Position numbers and translations under genes: made by a program. Source: Thraustochytrium aureum (taxonomy: Eukaryota). Taken from it: 38,003 nucleotides of DNA. The notes under the pieces were generated by a model. It searched no databases and was not told the DNA's origin. It saw nothing but the letters and a program-made list of their open reading frames with translations. Shown piece after piece: positions 11,001-21,749 of this stretch. The DNA is taken from the NCBI GenBank assembly GCA_012862495.1, contig BLSG01000086.1, forward strand, positions 147,612 to 185,614. The letters are read 5' to 3'. Positions within the stretch are counted from its first letter, which is position 1; every line of letters starts with the position of its first letter.

Positions 11001-14000
11001 GGAGACTCGACAAAGTCTTTATGGACATCATCTGCCACGGCGAGGTACCCGACAGAACCGAGGCGAACGCCAGCGGGACAGAGGTTGCGTCTGCAAGTAC
11101 GAGCTCGGGTCACGCTGGTTCGGGTGAGGCGTTTAGAGCAGCGGAAGCGCAGCTCCGTGAACAGGTCCGTCTGGCGCAGGCGAACGCCGCTGCAGGCTCA
11201 CTTTCACCAAGTGCGCCCTCTTCGGACGAGGTCGTCATGGACGCACCTGGAATTNNNNNNNNNNNNNNNNNNNNNNNNNNNNNNNNNNNNNNNNNNNNNN
11301 NNNNNNNNNNNNNNNNNNNNNNNNNNNNNNNNNNNNNNNNNNNNNNNNNNNNNNNNNNNNNNNNNNNNNNNNNNNNNNNNNNNNNNNNNNNNNNNNNNNN
11401 NNNNNNNNNNNNNNNNNNNNNNNNNNNNNNNNNNNNNNNNNNNNNNNNNNNNNNNCGCTGAGCGCTGCGGGCCGCCCTGTCCGCGGTTCATCGGCTTCTG
11501 CTGGAACCGCCAGAACGAGTGCAGTCCATGGCAGGTCTCCTGCGCCGTTGGAGGCTAGTGCCGAAGCTGCCGCAGGAGACCAGCGAGCGGCTGACAACTC
11601 GGATGCGGCCAACAACACCTTGGCGGTGCAACGCGAGTCCTTTCCTGCAGTCTGCGGTCGAGTTCTCGAGGATATGTTGAGCTCGGAAGACTACACGCTC
11701 ATCGCAGAACCAGGAGCAGCAGCCGCCCCGGCGCCGGCGTTGAATCTGAGCGCAATCCGCGACAAACTGGGCGCTGGAGACTACCGCATGGACGAGGGCG
11801 GAGAGATCGGGAATGGACTCGCTACCGACGTTCGCGAATTGTTTGGAACGTGGGGCGGCCACTTTCGCAAGGGTTCGAAGAACCACGCGGCCATGTTACG
11901 GCTCAAAGAGCAGTTCGAGTCAAGGTACGCGGTTGCGCTCCGCGAACATGCGACCAACAAGTGGGCGTGGGTAGGCGAGCAGATCTACTGGCTCGATGTA
12001 CGCCAGTCGCCGCCCGAGGTCAAGGAGGCCGTAATCCAGGACTATTACGCGCTTCCCAAGTATCGCTACAAAAACATGCGCTCCAAGGCGGACTTTTACC
12101 GGCTCCGAGTGGTTGTCGCTGACGAGCGGACGCACCTTCCGCTCAACCTTTGGACTGCAGTCACGGAGGCGACGCGGTCGCAGTCGCGCCTCGGCTCCTA
12201 CGCCAACATGTACGGGACGCACTGGGCTTTCCGAGCGGACGCCGACCATTCGGACGCGCTGCACGCAGCAAACGAGCCGGTGGATGACATATTGGAGGAA
12301 GTGGAGGACATTGACGAGCTTGCAGCCGACGAAGTGGCCGGCGGCGCGGTTGGCGCGCTCGAGGCGGGCGTGGAGGCAGTCTTGGACGACCAGCAGGTCG
12401 CTGCTCTGAACTCTGCCCTGGAGCGCGTCAAGGTCAAAGCCGCAAAAGAAGAGCCAGCGGCCGGCACATCACGGGAGAAGCAAACCGCGTCGCAGCGGGC
12501 AGCAGAGTCCTCTCTGCGCGCGCAAGCAAACATGCGCACCACGGTGTACTGGGATCCTCGAGAGCTGCAAGATGGCATTGTCGCGCCGACGGAGATTGGC
12601 GCAGAAGAGGCGATCAACAGCCTGGTCGTGCACAATTATGCCTCGCTCAGCCCGTCCACAAAGCTAGCCGTCCTCGAGCGGCTTTGTGATCACGTCCTGA
12701 CGACGCATGCACCCCGGATCGGAATTGCCATGGCACAGCGCATGCCGAAAATGCCCTCGCGGTTTGACCGCGGCGCTGAGGAGGACTCTAGCCTGATCGT
12801 CGACAAGGCCAAACGGGGCCGCCCGTTCGGCTCGTTTAAAGAAGGTAGCGCAAAACTGGGAGGCAAAAAGCGTGCGCGCCCAGGCGAGAGCAGCGACAGC
12901 GATGAAGACGACGACGAGGAGGAGGAAGAAGAAGAGCCGCTGCTTGACGAGGAACATGCAGGCGATGAGGGCGACGGCGCTGGCGAAATCGATGCGAGCG
13001 ACGGAGTTTTCCGAAGCAGTGCGAAGCCGTCAACAACCGCTTCGCCGACGCGCCAGACGCGGGGCAAGCGCGTCTCGTACGCGGGAATCGACCAGGAAGG
13101 CGATAGCAACGCAGACTCGGACGAAGGCGTTGCCGAGAGTGTCGTGAGCGATCCAGCGCAAGCGCCAAAGCCCGCGCAGCCAACTAAGACCGCGCCCGCG
13201 GGCCGGGGTCGAGGGCGTGGTCGCCGCGGCGGTCGCGGAGGTAGACGTGGGAGTGGCCGAGGCCGCGCCAGCTCGGCCTCGCTTGTAGAGTCCAACTCGG
13301 CGGAGAAGGGCCTCGAGGATGCGGCCAGCGACAGTGAGATGCACGACGCAAATGTGGGGAGTCAAACGGAGCAGGACCAAAAGCTAGCCGAGGTGCTGCA
13401 GAGCGCCGAAACGGGCCGCCGGTCGGGCCGCACTCGCCGCAAGACGGCATCTTTCGTCGCTGAGCCAGCAAGTGGGTCCAAGCGGCCAAGCCGCTCGAAG
13501 AGCCAAGGCGCGCCAGGGCGGCGCAGAAACCGAGCCCGACTCGAGCGTGCCCAGGCGGAAGAGCGCGTGGCCTCGCGATGGCAGCGACGACGAAGGGGAA
13601 GACGAACAAGCCGGCGAGGCCGCCGACGCAATGAGTGCTGACGGCGACAGTGATGGTGACGCGACCGCTGCGGCCAAAAAGGCTCTTCTCGGCGACGACG
13701 ACGAAGACGACGAAGAGAATGAGGAGGACGAGGTCGAGCAAGAGGAGGGGAGCGAGTCTGTGGCCGAAGAGGAAGAGAATCTGCGCGTCGTCGTGGACGA
13801 GTACATCGCGCGCGAGAGCACAAAGCTGCTCAAGGCCGAGTTTGAATTTGAGCTCGCAGGGTGGACAGTGTCAGCGTCAAGCGTGCAAGACGGGTCGCGG
13901 ATACTCAAACCGCGCAGCGCGGCTGCTAGTGGCGACGAGAGAAATGCCGACAGCGACGACAAGGAAGAAGTGGTGGAGGAGGTCGCCTCGGAGCCGCAGC

Positions 14001-17000
14001 AAACACTTAATCCCGCGTTGTCGTCGCAAGGCGGCGAATCTGAGCAGCAGACCGCGGTCGCAGTGGAAAACGCCGAAAGCGCCACTGCGGCGAAAGCGGA
14101 GCCGGACGAAGGTGCCAGAGGCCACGAAGATACCGAGAGGCCAGCACCAAGTCAACCGCCTGGCGCAGGGGAGGGCGGCGCTGAAGGTAGCGACGAAGTG
14201 GAGGAGTCGAAGGACGAGGAGGGGTCGAAGGACGAGGACAAGATCGAAGGTGCTTCAGAGCCAGAGGAACGCTTCTCTATCCCGTTGCGCAAGTGCAAGC
14301 GCGCCTTTGAAAATCTGCTACGTGACCNNNNNNNNNNNNNNNNNNNNNNNNNNNNNNNNNNNNNNNNNNNNNNNNNNNNNNNNNNNNNNNNNNNNNNNNN
14401 NNNNNNNNNNNNNNNNNNNNNNNNNNNNNNNNNNNNNNNNNNNNNNNNNNNNNNNNNNNNNNNNNNNNNNNNNNNNNNNNNNNNNNNNNNNNNNNNNNNN
14501 NNNNNNNNNNNNNNNNNNNNNNNNNNNNNNNNNNNNNNNNNNNNNNNNNNNNNNNNNNNNNNNNNNNNNNNNNNNNNNNNNNNNNNNNNNNNNNNNNNNN
14601 NNNNNNNNNNNNNNNNNNNNNNNNNNNNNNNNNNNNAGTACACGTTCGAGGCCGATGGCGTGGAATACGCGGGCGAGGGCGTCCTGAAAGACGCAGCGCA
14701 AGTATTTTTGAACTGCTTCGCTTTCAATTTGGAGAGCTCGCCGATCTGCGCGCAGGCGCGCAAGTGCGAAGCCAAGCTCAACAAGCTGCTGGGAATTGAG
14801 AACACGGCCTTCAGCCTGCGCACCTCTGAAGAAGCCAACAAACGGCTCCGCTTCCAAAATGAATGCGTCGCAGTCGTTGACGCAGTCATTGCGAACCCTG
14901 ATGCAGCGCCCCTCAAAGTATTGGAAACGCTCACCGGAGCGGACGAGGAACGGCTCGAAGAGATTTTGGGCGAGCCGCTCAGTCTGTCAATCCTAAAGGA
15001 TCGACTCGTAACAGGCGTCTATTCTGCAGAATCGCAGGCAAAGTTGCAGCGCGCCACGCGCAAGGGGTCGACGGGCAACGCAAACCCAAGCCAGAAGCCA
15101 GGGCCGCTGGCGAGGGACATGCGCAAGCTCCTCAAGGGCGCGCTGACGTTTTTCGGGCCAGACAGTGCGGAGGCCAACCAAGTGCGCGCGGTGTCTGTGG
15201 GGTTCGAGATGCGGTACGCTCGTGCATTGGCGACGTCGACGACGAACCGCATCGAGTGGCTTGGAGAAACCGTTCTGCTTGCTGAGAAGGCGCGAGGGGG
15301 TATGCTCCTGCCTGCGCTCGTTGCTGGCTCGGCGTACGCCAACTTTGTGCTCGGTTTCCGTGTGCTGACCGCCGAAGGGCGGGTCAAGGTTGTGAGCCTG
15401 TGGACGCCAGAGACGTGGGCCGAGGAAAGCCCAGCAATTCTGCGAGCGAAAAAATCCAAGACCCGCGCCGCCGTCGATGTCTCGTCGCTCCCGCGCAGCG
15501 AGTATGGCAAGGACTGGGTTTTCGCCCACGACCATGAGGGTTTCCAGAGCCTCATCAAAAGCGCTCTCGTCAAGCCAGAAGTGCAAGCACAGGCGCTCAA
15601 GGATCGTTGCACTCGCTGGGGCAACGATTTCCGCAAGGAGGTGCAGGCCGCCACGCGCGTTCGTGATCGAGTTATGGCCACCGAGCTTCGCCGGAGCGGG
15701 CACGTCGACTCTGCTGCGCCAGCCAGCGCAACAGCTCGCCAGCAAGCGCTTCTTACAGAGACGAAGCCGCTCGACGGCGACGCTTTTGCGCCCGAAAGCG
15801 TGGTCGTCTTCACCTCCACCCACGGCGAGTTTGGCGAGTTGCCGCGCTGCGGGCCAGAGATGGACGAGCTGCCGGAGCTCTGTGAGCTGGAGAACGAGGT
15901 GTTTTCAGAGATGAAGCCGTTTCGGGCCGAGGCGTTGGGCGTTGGCGGCCAGGACGGCGCGGACGACGAAGATGGCGCGGCCTCGGAGGACAGCGCGAAC
16001 GAGGAGCCGCCGCCGCACAACCCTTCGCGGGTCGTGCCGCGGTTTTCAATGATAGGCGTCGACCGGTACCTGAACGCGTACTGGCACCTTAACTTGCGGC
16101 ACGCGCGCGAGGCTCCGCTCGCGCAGGGCTTTCTTTTCGTGGCTGTGTCCCCCGATGGAGCGCGCGCGCTCTCCGAAGACCTGGCTAGCACCGACAGGGC
16201 GCTCGTCGCGACCGTGGAGAGCACCGAGTCGAGCCGCGGCTGGCTCACGTACTCGACACGGGCGCAGCTAGATGCGCTCGTGAGCAGGCTGTGGGCCGGG
16301 GCCAAGAACGGGGCCTCATGAGCAAGCGCTCCTCGACGCACTGCGCGAGCGCTACACGCTGCTGGTTGGTCCGTGCGGCGCCTTGGCCTGGAGGGCGCGG
16401 GCAGGCCCTTTTTCGAGTCAAAGCGCGAAAGCGAGCGGGTTCTGCACTTGGACGTCCGCGTCGAGAAGGGTCTCAAGGTTGGACTTTGCAGCTCCCCGGC
16501 CGCGTTTGGCNNNNNNNNNNNNNNNNNNNNNNNNNNNNNNNNNNNNNNNNNNNNNNNNNNNNNNNNNNNNNNNNNNNNNNNNNNNNNNNNNNNNNNNNNN
16601 NNNNNNNNNNNNNNNNNNNNNNNNNNNNNNNNNNNNNNNNNNNNNNNNNNNNNNNNNNNNNNNNNNNNNNNNNNNNNNNNNNNNNNNNNNNNNNNNNNNN
16701 NNNNNNNNNNNNNNNNNNNNNNNNNNNNNNNNNNNNNNNNNNNNNNNNNNNNNNNNNNNNNNNNNNNNNNNNNNNNNNNNNNNNNNNNNNNNNNNNNNNN
16801 NNNNNNNNNNNNNNNNNNNNNNNNNNNNNNNNNNNNNNNNNNNNNNNNNNNNNNNNNNNNNNNNNNNNNNNNNNNNNNNNNNNNNNNNNNNNNNNNNNNN
16901 NNNNNNNNNNNNNNNNNNNNNNNNNNNNNNNNNNNNNNNNNNNNNNNNNNNNNNNNNNNNNNNNNNNNNNNNNNNNNNNNNNNNNNNNNNNNNNNNNNNN

Positions 17001-18299
17001 NNNNNNNNNNNNNNNNNNNNNNNNNNNNNNNNNNNNNNNNNNNNNNNNNNNNNNNNNNNNNNNNNNNNNNNNNNNNNNNNNNNNNNNNNNNNNNNNNNNN
17101 NNNNNNNNNNNNNNNNNNNNNNNNNNNNNNNNNNNNNNNNNNNNNNNNNNNNNNNNNNNNNNNNNNNNNNNNNNNNNNNNNNNNNNNNNNNNNNNNNNNN
17201 NNNNNNNNNNNNNNNNNNNNNNNNNNNNNNNNNNNNNNNNNNNNNNNNNGAGGAAGGCGCCATGAGCAAGAAGCAAAAGGCGATCGAGCCCGTCCCCTCA
17301 GAGAGCAGCGGCCCAAGCGCCAGCGGCGGCGGGGACGCTGCACTTCATGCAGCCGCGGATGCAGAGCCGGCGGTGCCCAGGCAGGGTTCACCTCCTCCAC
17401 TTGAAGTGGCGGCAAGCGACGCCGGCGGGGTCGAGGCGACTGACGCACCAACTACGCTCGAGGCGAACGAGGACGTGGACGAACGGCTCGCGCAGGACAT
17501 CGAGAGTCTCGTTGCAAAGCTGCCTGACGACGACAGCGAGGTCTCAAGCGAGCTGGAGGACCAGGTCGATGCGATGCTGCAGCGGCGGCCAAAGCGACGC
17601 TCGGCGTGGGTCATGTTTGTGACCAAGGAAAGGCACAAGATGATGAAGGAGCCTGGCGGCACCGCCGCGGTGGCGGCGGCCAAAGACGTGACACAGATGA
17701 CGCGCGTCCTGAACGAGACGTGGCACGGCTGCACAGAGGAGGAGAGGGAGCGCTGGCGCGAGCGCACGCGGCGCTACAACGCAGCGAACGAGGCACTGTT
17801 CGAGCGGTTCGAGTCCCGCGTCGCAACGATAATCGCGCGCATCAAGGGCAAGCAGCAGACCAACTTGTCGCGCTCGCGCAGAAAGAGTCGCCCGCAGCAG
17901 TCCATGAAGGAGGAAACGCGCCTCTTTCACTCAGACCCTGCTGCCGCCACGACAGCGGCCACTAATCGACAGGTCGAGTCGAACTCGAGCTCTGCGCGGG
18001 GGGACGGTAAGAGCGAGACGTACGTCGGCGTGTTTGAAACTCGTGGACGGTTCGCGGTCGAGCTCCTGTGCCCGGACAACGTGTTGCGCAAGGTTGGCAA
18101 GTATGAATCGGAGATTGCGGCGGCACTCGCATTCGACCAGGCCGTGCGCCTCGCCTATCCAATGCGGATCGCTGAGGCAGTGGCGAATTTCCCCTTCCGG
18201 GAGACAGCCGACGTCTTGTCTGGAGATCTGCCAGACATTGGCGACTTCCGGCGGCTTTATGAAGCCCTGCGGCAGGTTGAGCCCCAGGATGCTGCCTAG
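5020..18299 (+). CDS. Giant (~4,400 aa including gaps) DDT-WHIM1-WSD (BAZ/ACF1-like) chromatin protein with ~6 bromodomains, Tudor, ARID, 3 HMG boxes, AT-hook and C-terminal AP2 domain; reconstructed across 4 frameshifts and 4 gaps
   Basis: Joined from ORFs 5020, 5628, 6761-7779, 7673, 11548, 13472 and 17250-18299. Domains in order: bromo1 FLEPVD..DYFDVIHEPMDLGTI..VFNNCIKYN (5640-6110); Tudor LLGRRLEVFWPGDGVWYPGTIVRY..HLVEFDDDGAEEW (7495-7635); DDT VYMFFESFGKQLG..FSLAEFVAAV..LLVAIHLELL (7841-8053); ARID INLYTVYTLVRDFGGF..VRSLYKRYLFNYE (8381-8653); HMG1 (8840-8990); HMG2 (9185-9410); bromo2 (10160-10480); bromo3 (10720-11030); degenerate bromo4 (11640-11940); WHIM1 YASLSPSTKLAVLERLCD (12634-12705); AT-hook KRGRP (12811-12825); bromo5 (14280-14790); degenerate bromo6 (14850-15230); WSD IGVDRYLNAYW..WLTYSTRAQLDALV..GPHEQALLDAL (16040-16352); HMG3 (17583-17810); AP2 YVGV..VGKYESEIAAALAFDQAV..NFP (18020-18195). 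The gaps could hide a gene boundary. Confidence 0.8.
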
Positions 18300-18532
18300 C
18301 TATTCATCCGCGCGCAGCCTCGACTGCTTGGCTGTGGGCTAGCCAAGCCCTCTGGTGGCCCCGTATGGTGCTTCCTTCGCACGAAACAATACAAACGAAA
18401 ACGGCAATGAAGAGCTTTTCAGTCAGTAGGTCACAGTTTGTTGGAGCCCTATCGGCGGCTGGCGGGCCCGAGCTTGAGCTCCAGCCAGTGGCGGCGTCGG
18501 CGTGGTGCAGAGGCACTTGCTCATGGCGTCGT

Positions 18533-18949
18533 CTACGCGCTGGGCGTGTCCTGCACGGCAATAATGTGGTACTTGGCGCCGCCTTCCTGCTTGTACTTTG
18601 GTGCGACCAAGATCTCCTGCTTCTTGGCTTTGATGCGAAAGTACAGCAGCTCGTTTTGCGGGTCAAGATCGCGCGTGACGTCGCGCGCTAGGCTAGCCAG
18701 CTGGCTGAACCGGTCGGCAAACTTTTGAGCCTGGTCCTTGGACATGTTTTGCCCTTTTCTGTGGATCTCGTAGTGCGTCGCCCCGGTCTCATCCACCTTT
18801 CTGACCCGCAGATCACAAACCCCGCAACGCCTCGCGCGCCTGGATCCTCTCGATCGTCGTCTCCGCGTCCACCGCGCTCCCGGTCGGCTGTGCACGGAAC
18901 GGCGTCAGCATCCACCCCACAGCAGCCGCCGGCACGTTCAACTCACCAT
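18533..18949 (-). CDS. DYNLRB: Dynein light chain, roadblock/LC7 type; exon 1 is the ATG only (18949-18947), intron 18946-18888
   Basis: Reconstructed as M|PTGSAVDAETTIERIQAREGVAGFVICG..MSKDQAQKFADRFSQLASLARDVTRDLDPQNELLYFRIKAKKQEILVAP. RDLDPQNEL..RI..KKQEI.VAP is the roadblock signature. The reconstruction needs +1 base at 18830-18831 and at 18805-18807. Confidence 0.9.
18888..18946 (-). other. 59-nt GT-AG spliceosomal intron immediately after the start codon
   Basis: The minus strand reads aagATG|gtgagt..gctgacg (branch-point-like)..gtgcacag|ccg acc. Splicing puts the ATG in frame with ETTIERIQ, the roadblock N-terminal helix. Confidence 0.8.
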
Positions 18950-19466
18950 CTTCAACCCCCCGTACACGCCACCAACAGCACCTCGCGCGCGTGCAACCGC
19001 CTCCGTCGCCCGACCCCACCGCTGCNNNNNNNNNNNNNNNNNNNNNNNNNNNNNNNNNNNNNNNNNNNNNNNNNNNNNNNNNNNNNNNNNNNNNNNNNNN
19101 NNNNNNNNNNNNNNNNNNNNNNNNNNNNNNNNNNNNNNNNNNNNNNNNNNNNNNNNNNNNNNNNNNNNNNNNNNNNNNNNNNNNNNNNNNNNNNNNNNNN
19201 NNNNNNNNNNNNNNNNNNNNNNNNNNNNNNNNNNNNNNNNNNNNNNNNNNNNNNNNNNNNNNNNNNNNNNNNNNNNNNNNNNNNNNNNNNNNNNNNNNNN
19301 NNNNNNNNNNNNNNNNNNNNNNNNNNNNNNNNNNNNNNNNNNNNNNNNNNNNNNNNNNNNNNNNNNNNNNNNNNNNNNNNNNNNNNNNNNNNNNNNNNNN
19401 NNNNNNNNNNNTGCTGCGGCTGCGCTCGAGGCGCTCGTTCGCTGGCGGAGTGGCGCCGGCCGGGCC

Positions 19467-21570
19467 ATGGGGTCACGGGGGACGGCGTCTGCGATGCTGA
19501 CGCGCTCCGGCACACGGCGGGCGAGCTCGAGGAGCTCGAGGCTGAGGCAGCCAAGGAGAACGATGAGGAGTGGGAGCCCGAGATGAAGAAGCTGGAGGCG
19601 CGCAGGCAGGCCGTGACGGAGAGCGAGGCGGCCGATGCGCTCGCGAGGCTGCTGGCCAAGGCTGAAAAGTATACGCAGTTCTTGAACCGCAAGCTCATGT
19701 CGGCCGCTCCAGCAGAACCAGCCAGCGCGAAACGCGCGGCCAGCGCCGCCATCGGGGCGGGCGGAGCCAAGAAGACCAAGCTTGCGAACGGAAAGCGCAC
19801 CGAGGCGCTCGTGGCGGAGGGGCAGCCCGCTGCAGAGGAGGAGCCCCAACAGCCGGCGCTCTTGACCGGGGGCCGCCTTCGCGATTACCAAGTGCGCGGA
19901 TACCAGTGGCTGGTGGGCCTGTACGAGAACGGTCTGCACGGCATCTTGGCGGATGAGATGGGCCTCGGCAAGACTGTCCAGACGATATCGCTTGTGGCTC
20001 ACCTCCGCGAGAAGCGCGTCTACGGCCCTTTCATCATCGTGGTTCCCTTGTCGACCATCGCGAACTGGGTCAGCGAGTTCGAACGGTGGGCCCCTTCCAT
20101 CCCGGTCCTCTTGTACCACGGCACCAAAGAGGAGCGCGCGGAGCTCCGGCGGCTGCACCTCAAGTCGGCCCGTTCCAAGCGCGATATGGACCAGTTCCCC
20201 GTCACTGTGACCACATACGATATCATTTGCCGCGACCGCAAGGACCTCCAGGGCTGCGCCTGGAAGTACCTCGTGGTTGACGAGGGCCACCGGCTGAAAA
20301 ACTACAAGTGCCGCCTCTTCCGCGAGCTGAACGAGCTCTGCGGCGGGAGCGTGCTCCGCGGCGGCGCCAACAAGGTTCTCCTAACAGGCACGCCTCTGCA
20401 AAACAACCTGAGCGAGCTTTGGAGCCTGCTCAACTTTCTGATGCCAGAGATCTTCGACGACCTCGAGTTTTTCCAGAGCGTGTTCGCGTTCGATGGGGTG
20501 GGGTCCACCGCGCACGACGAGAGCCTCGTCAAGAAGCAGTCCGAGAGCAACATCGTGTCCAAGCTGCACAAAATCCTGGCGCCGTTCATGATGCGAAGGC
20601 TCAAGGTCGAGGTCGAGAAGAACCTGCCTGAGAAGAAGGAGGTAGTCCTCTATGTGCCCATGACAGCAACGCAGCGCGAGATGTACGAGTCGATCGTCAA
20701 GGGCGAGCTGCAGGCCATGCTCGAGCAGGCCACTGGCAGCAAGTCCCAGCTGAACAATGTGCTCATGCAGCTGCGCAAGTGCTGTTTGCACCCCTTCTGC
20801 ACTTTGAGCCCACTGACGCGAGCGGCACTTCTTTCACGGACGAGTCGCTCGTGGAGGCCTCGGGCAAGCTCAAGGCCCTGGATACGATGCTGTCCCACCT
20901 CAAGGAGGCGGGCCACAAGGTTCTTGTCTTCTCCCAGTTCACCTCGATGCTGGACATCATCCAAGACTACCTCGAGTACTTGCGTCCTTCGTGGCAATCC
21001 TGCCGCATAGACGGCAGCACCAAGATCGAGGATCGCAAGTCCCAGATGGAAGAGTTCAACACGGACCCGAACAAGTTTTGCTTCCTCCTCAGCACGCGGG
21101 CAGGAGGGGTCGGCATCAACTTGATGGCGGCTGACACCGTCATCATCTTCGACAGCGACTGGAACCCGCACCAAGACAGCCAGGCGCAAGACCGCGCGCA
21201 CCGCATCGGCCAGACCCGCGACGTGATGGTCTACCGGCTCATCACCTCCAAGAGCGTCGAGCTCAAGATCCTGGAGCGTGCCAACAGCAAGAGGAAGCTG
21301 GAGCGGGTGGTCTGCGCCAAGCAGGCCACCATTTCAAACAGCTCGCGCTCGGCGTCCTCTACGATGAACGTCGAAGAGTTGCGCCGCTTGCTGCAGGACG
21401 ATTTCACTGGGCACGCCGCCGATGTAGGCGACTTGGAGCCGGCCACGCTACTCAAGCTCCTGGACCGCCGCGCGGTGATCGGCGGCGAGATGCCGAACGA
21501 GGGCGTCGGGTACGAGATTGTCAAGCACAAGGCCAGCTCGATCGTGGGCGGCATCAACGAGGACGCGTGA
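19467..21570 (+). CDS. DDM1: SNF2-family chromatin remodelling ATPase, DDM1/LSH (HELLS/SMARCA6) subfamily
   Basis: Motifs [131 protein letters not shown] and SKRKLE. It is short, with no HAND-SANT-SLIDE, chromo or bromo domain. One frameshift at 20795-20796. The start at ATG 19467 is tentative: it needs +1 G, otherwise the start lies in the gap. Confidence 0.9.
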
Positions 21571-21749
21571 CAGGCCGGCCGCGATTTCGATTGTTCTTAG
21601 GTGCATTAACGAGAGATTTCCCTTCGCTCGCCTTGCTTGCCGCTCGCCTGGACGCTGCCAGAGGAGCGACTTCACACTCGCGTTCCAGAGGAGAGAGAGG
21701 GAGAGGGGAGGGAGAGCCAACAAGCACGCTTTTCTCGCCCCACGGGCGG

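Noticed and set aside
19467..21570. ISWI identity for the SNF2 ATPase, which would be the natural DDT partner
   Set aside because: There is no HAND-SANT-SLIDE region. The DEGHRLKN motif, N-terminal LLxKxxxYxxFL and short C-terminus fit DDM1/LSH.
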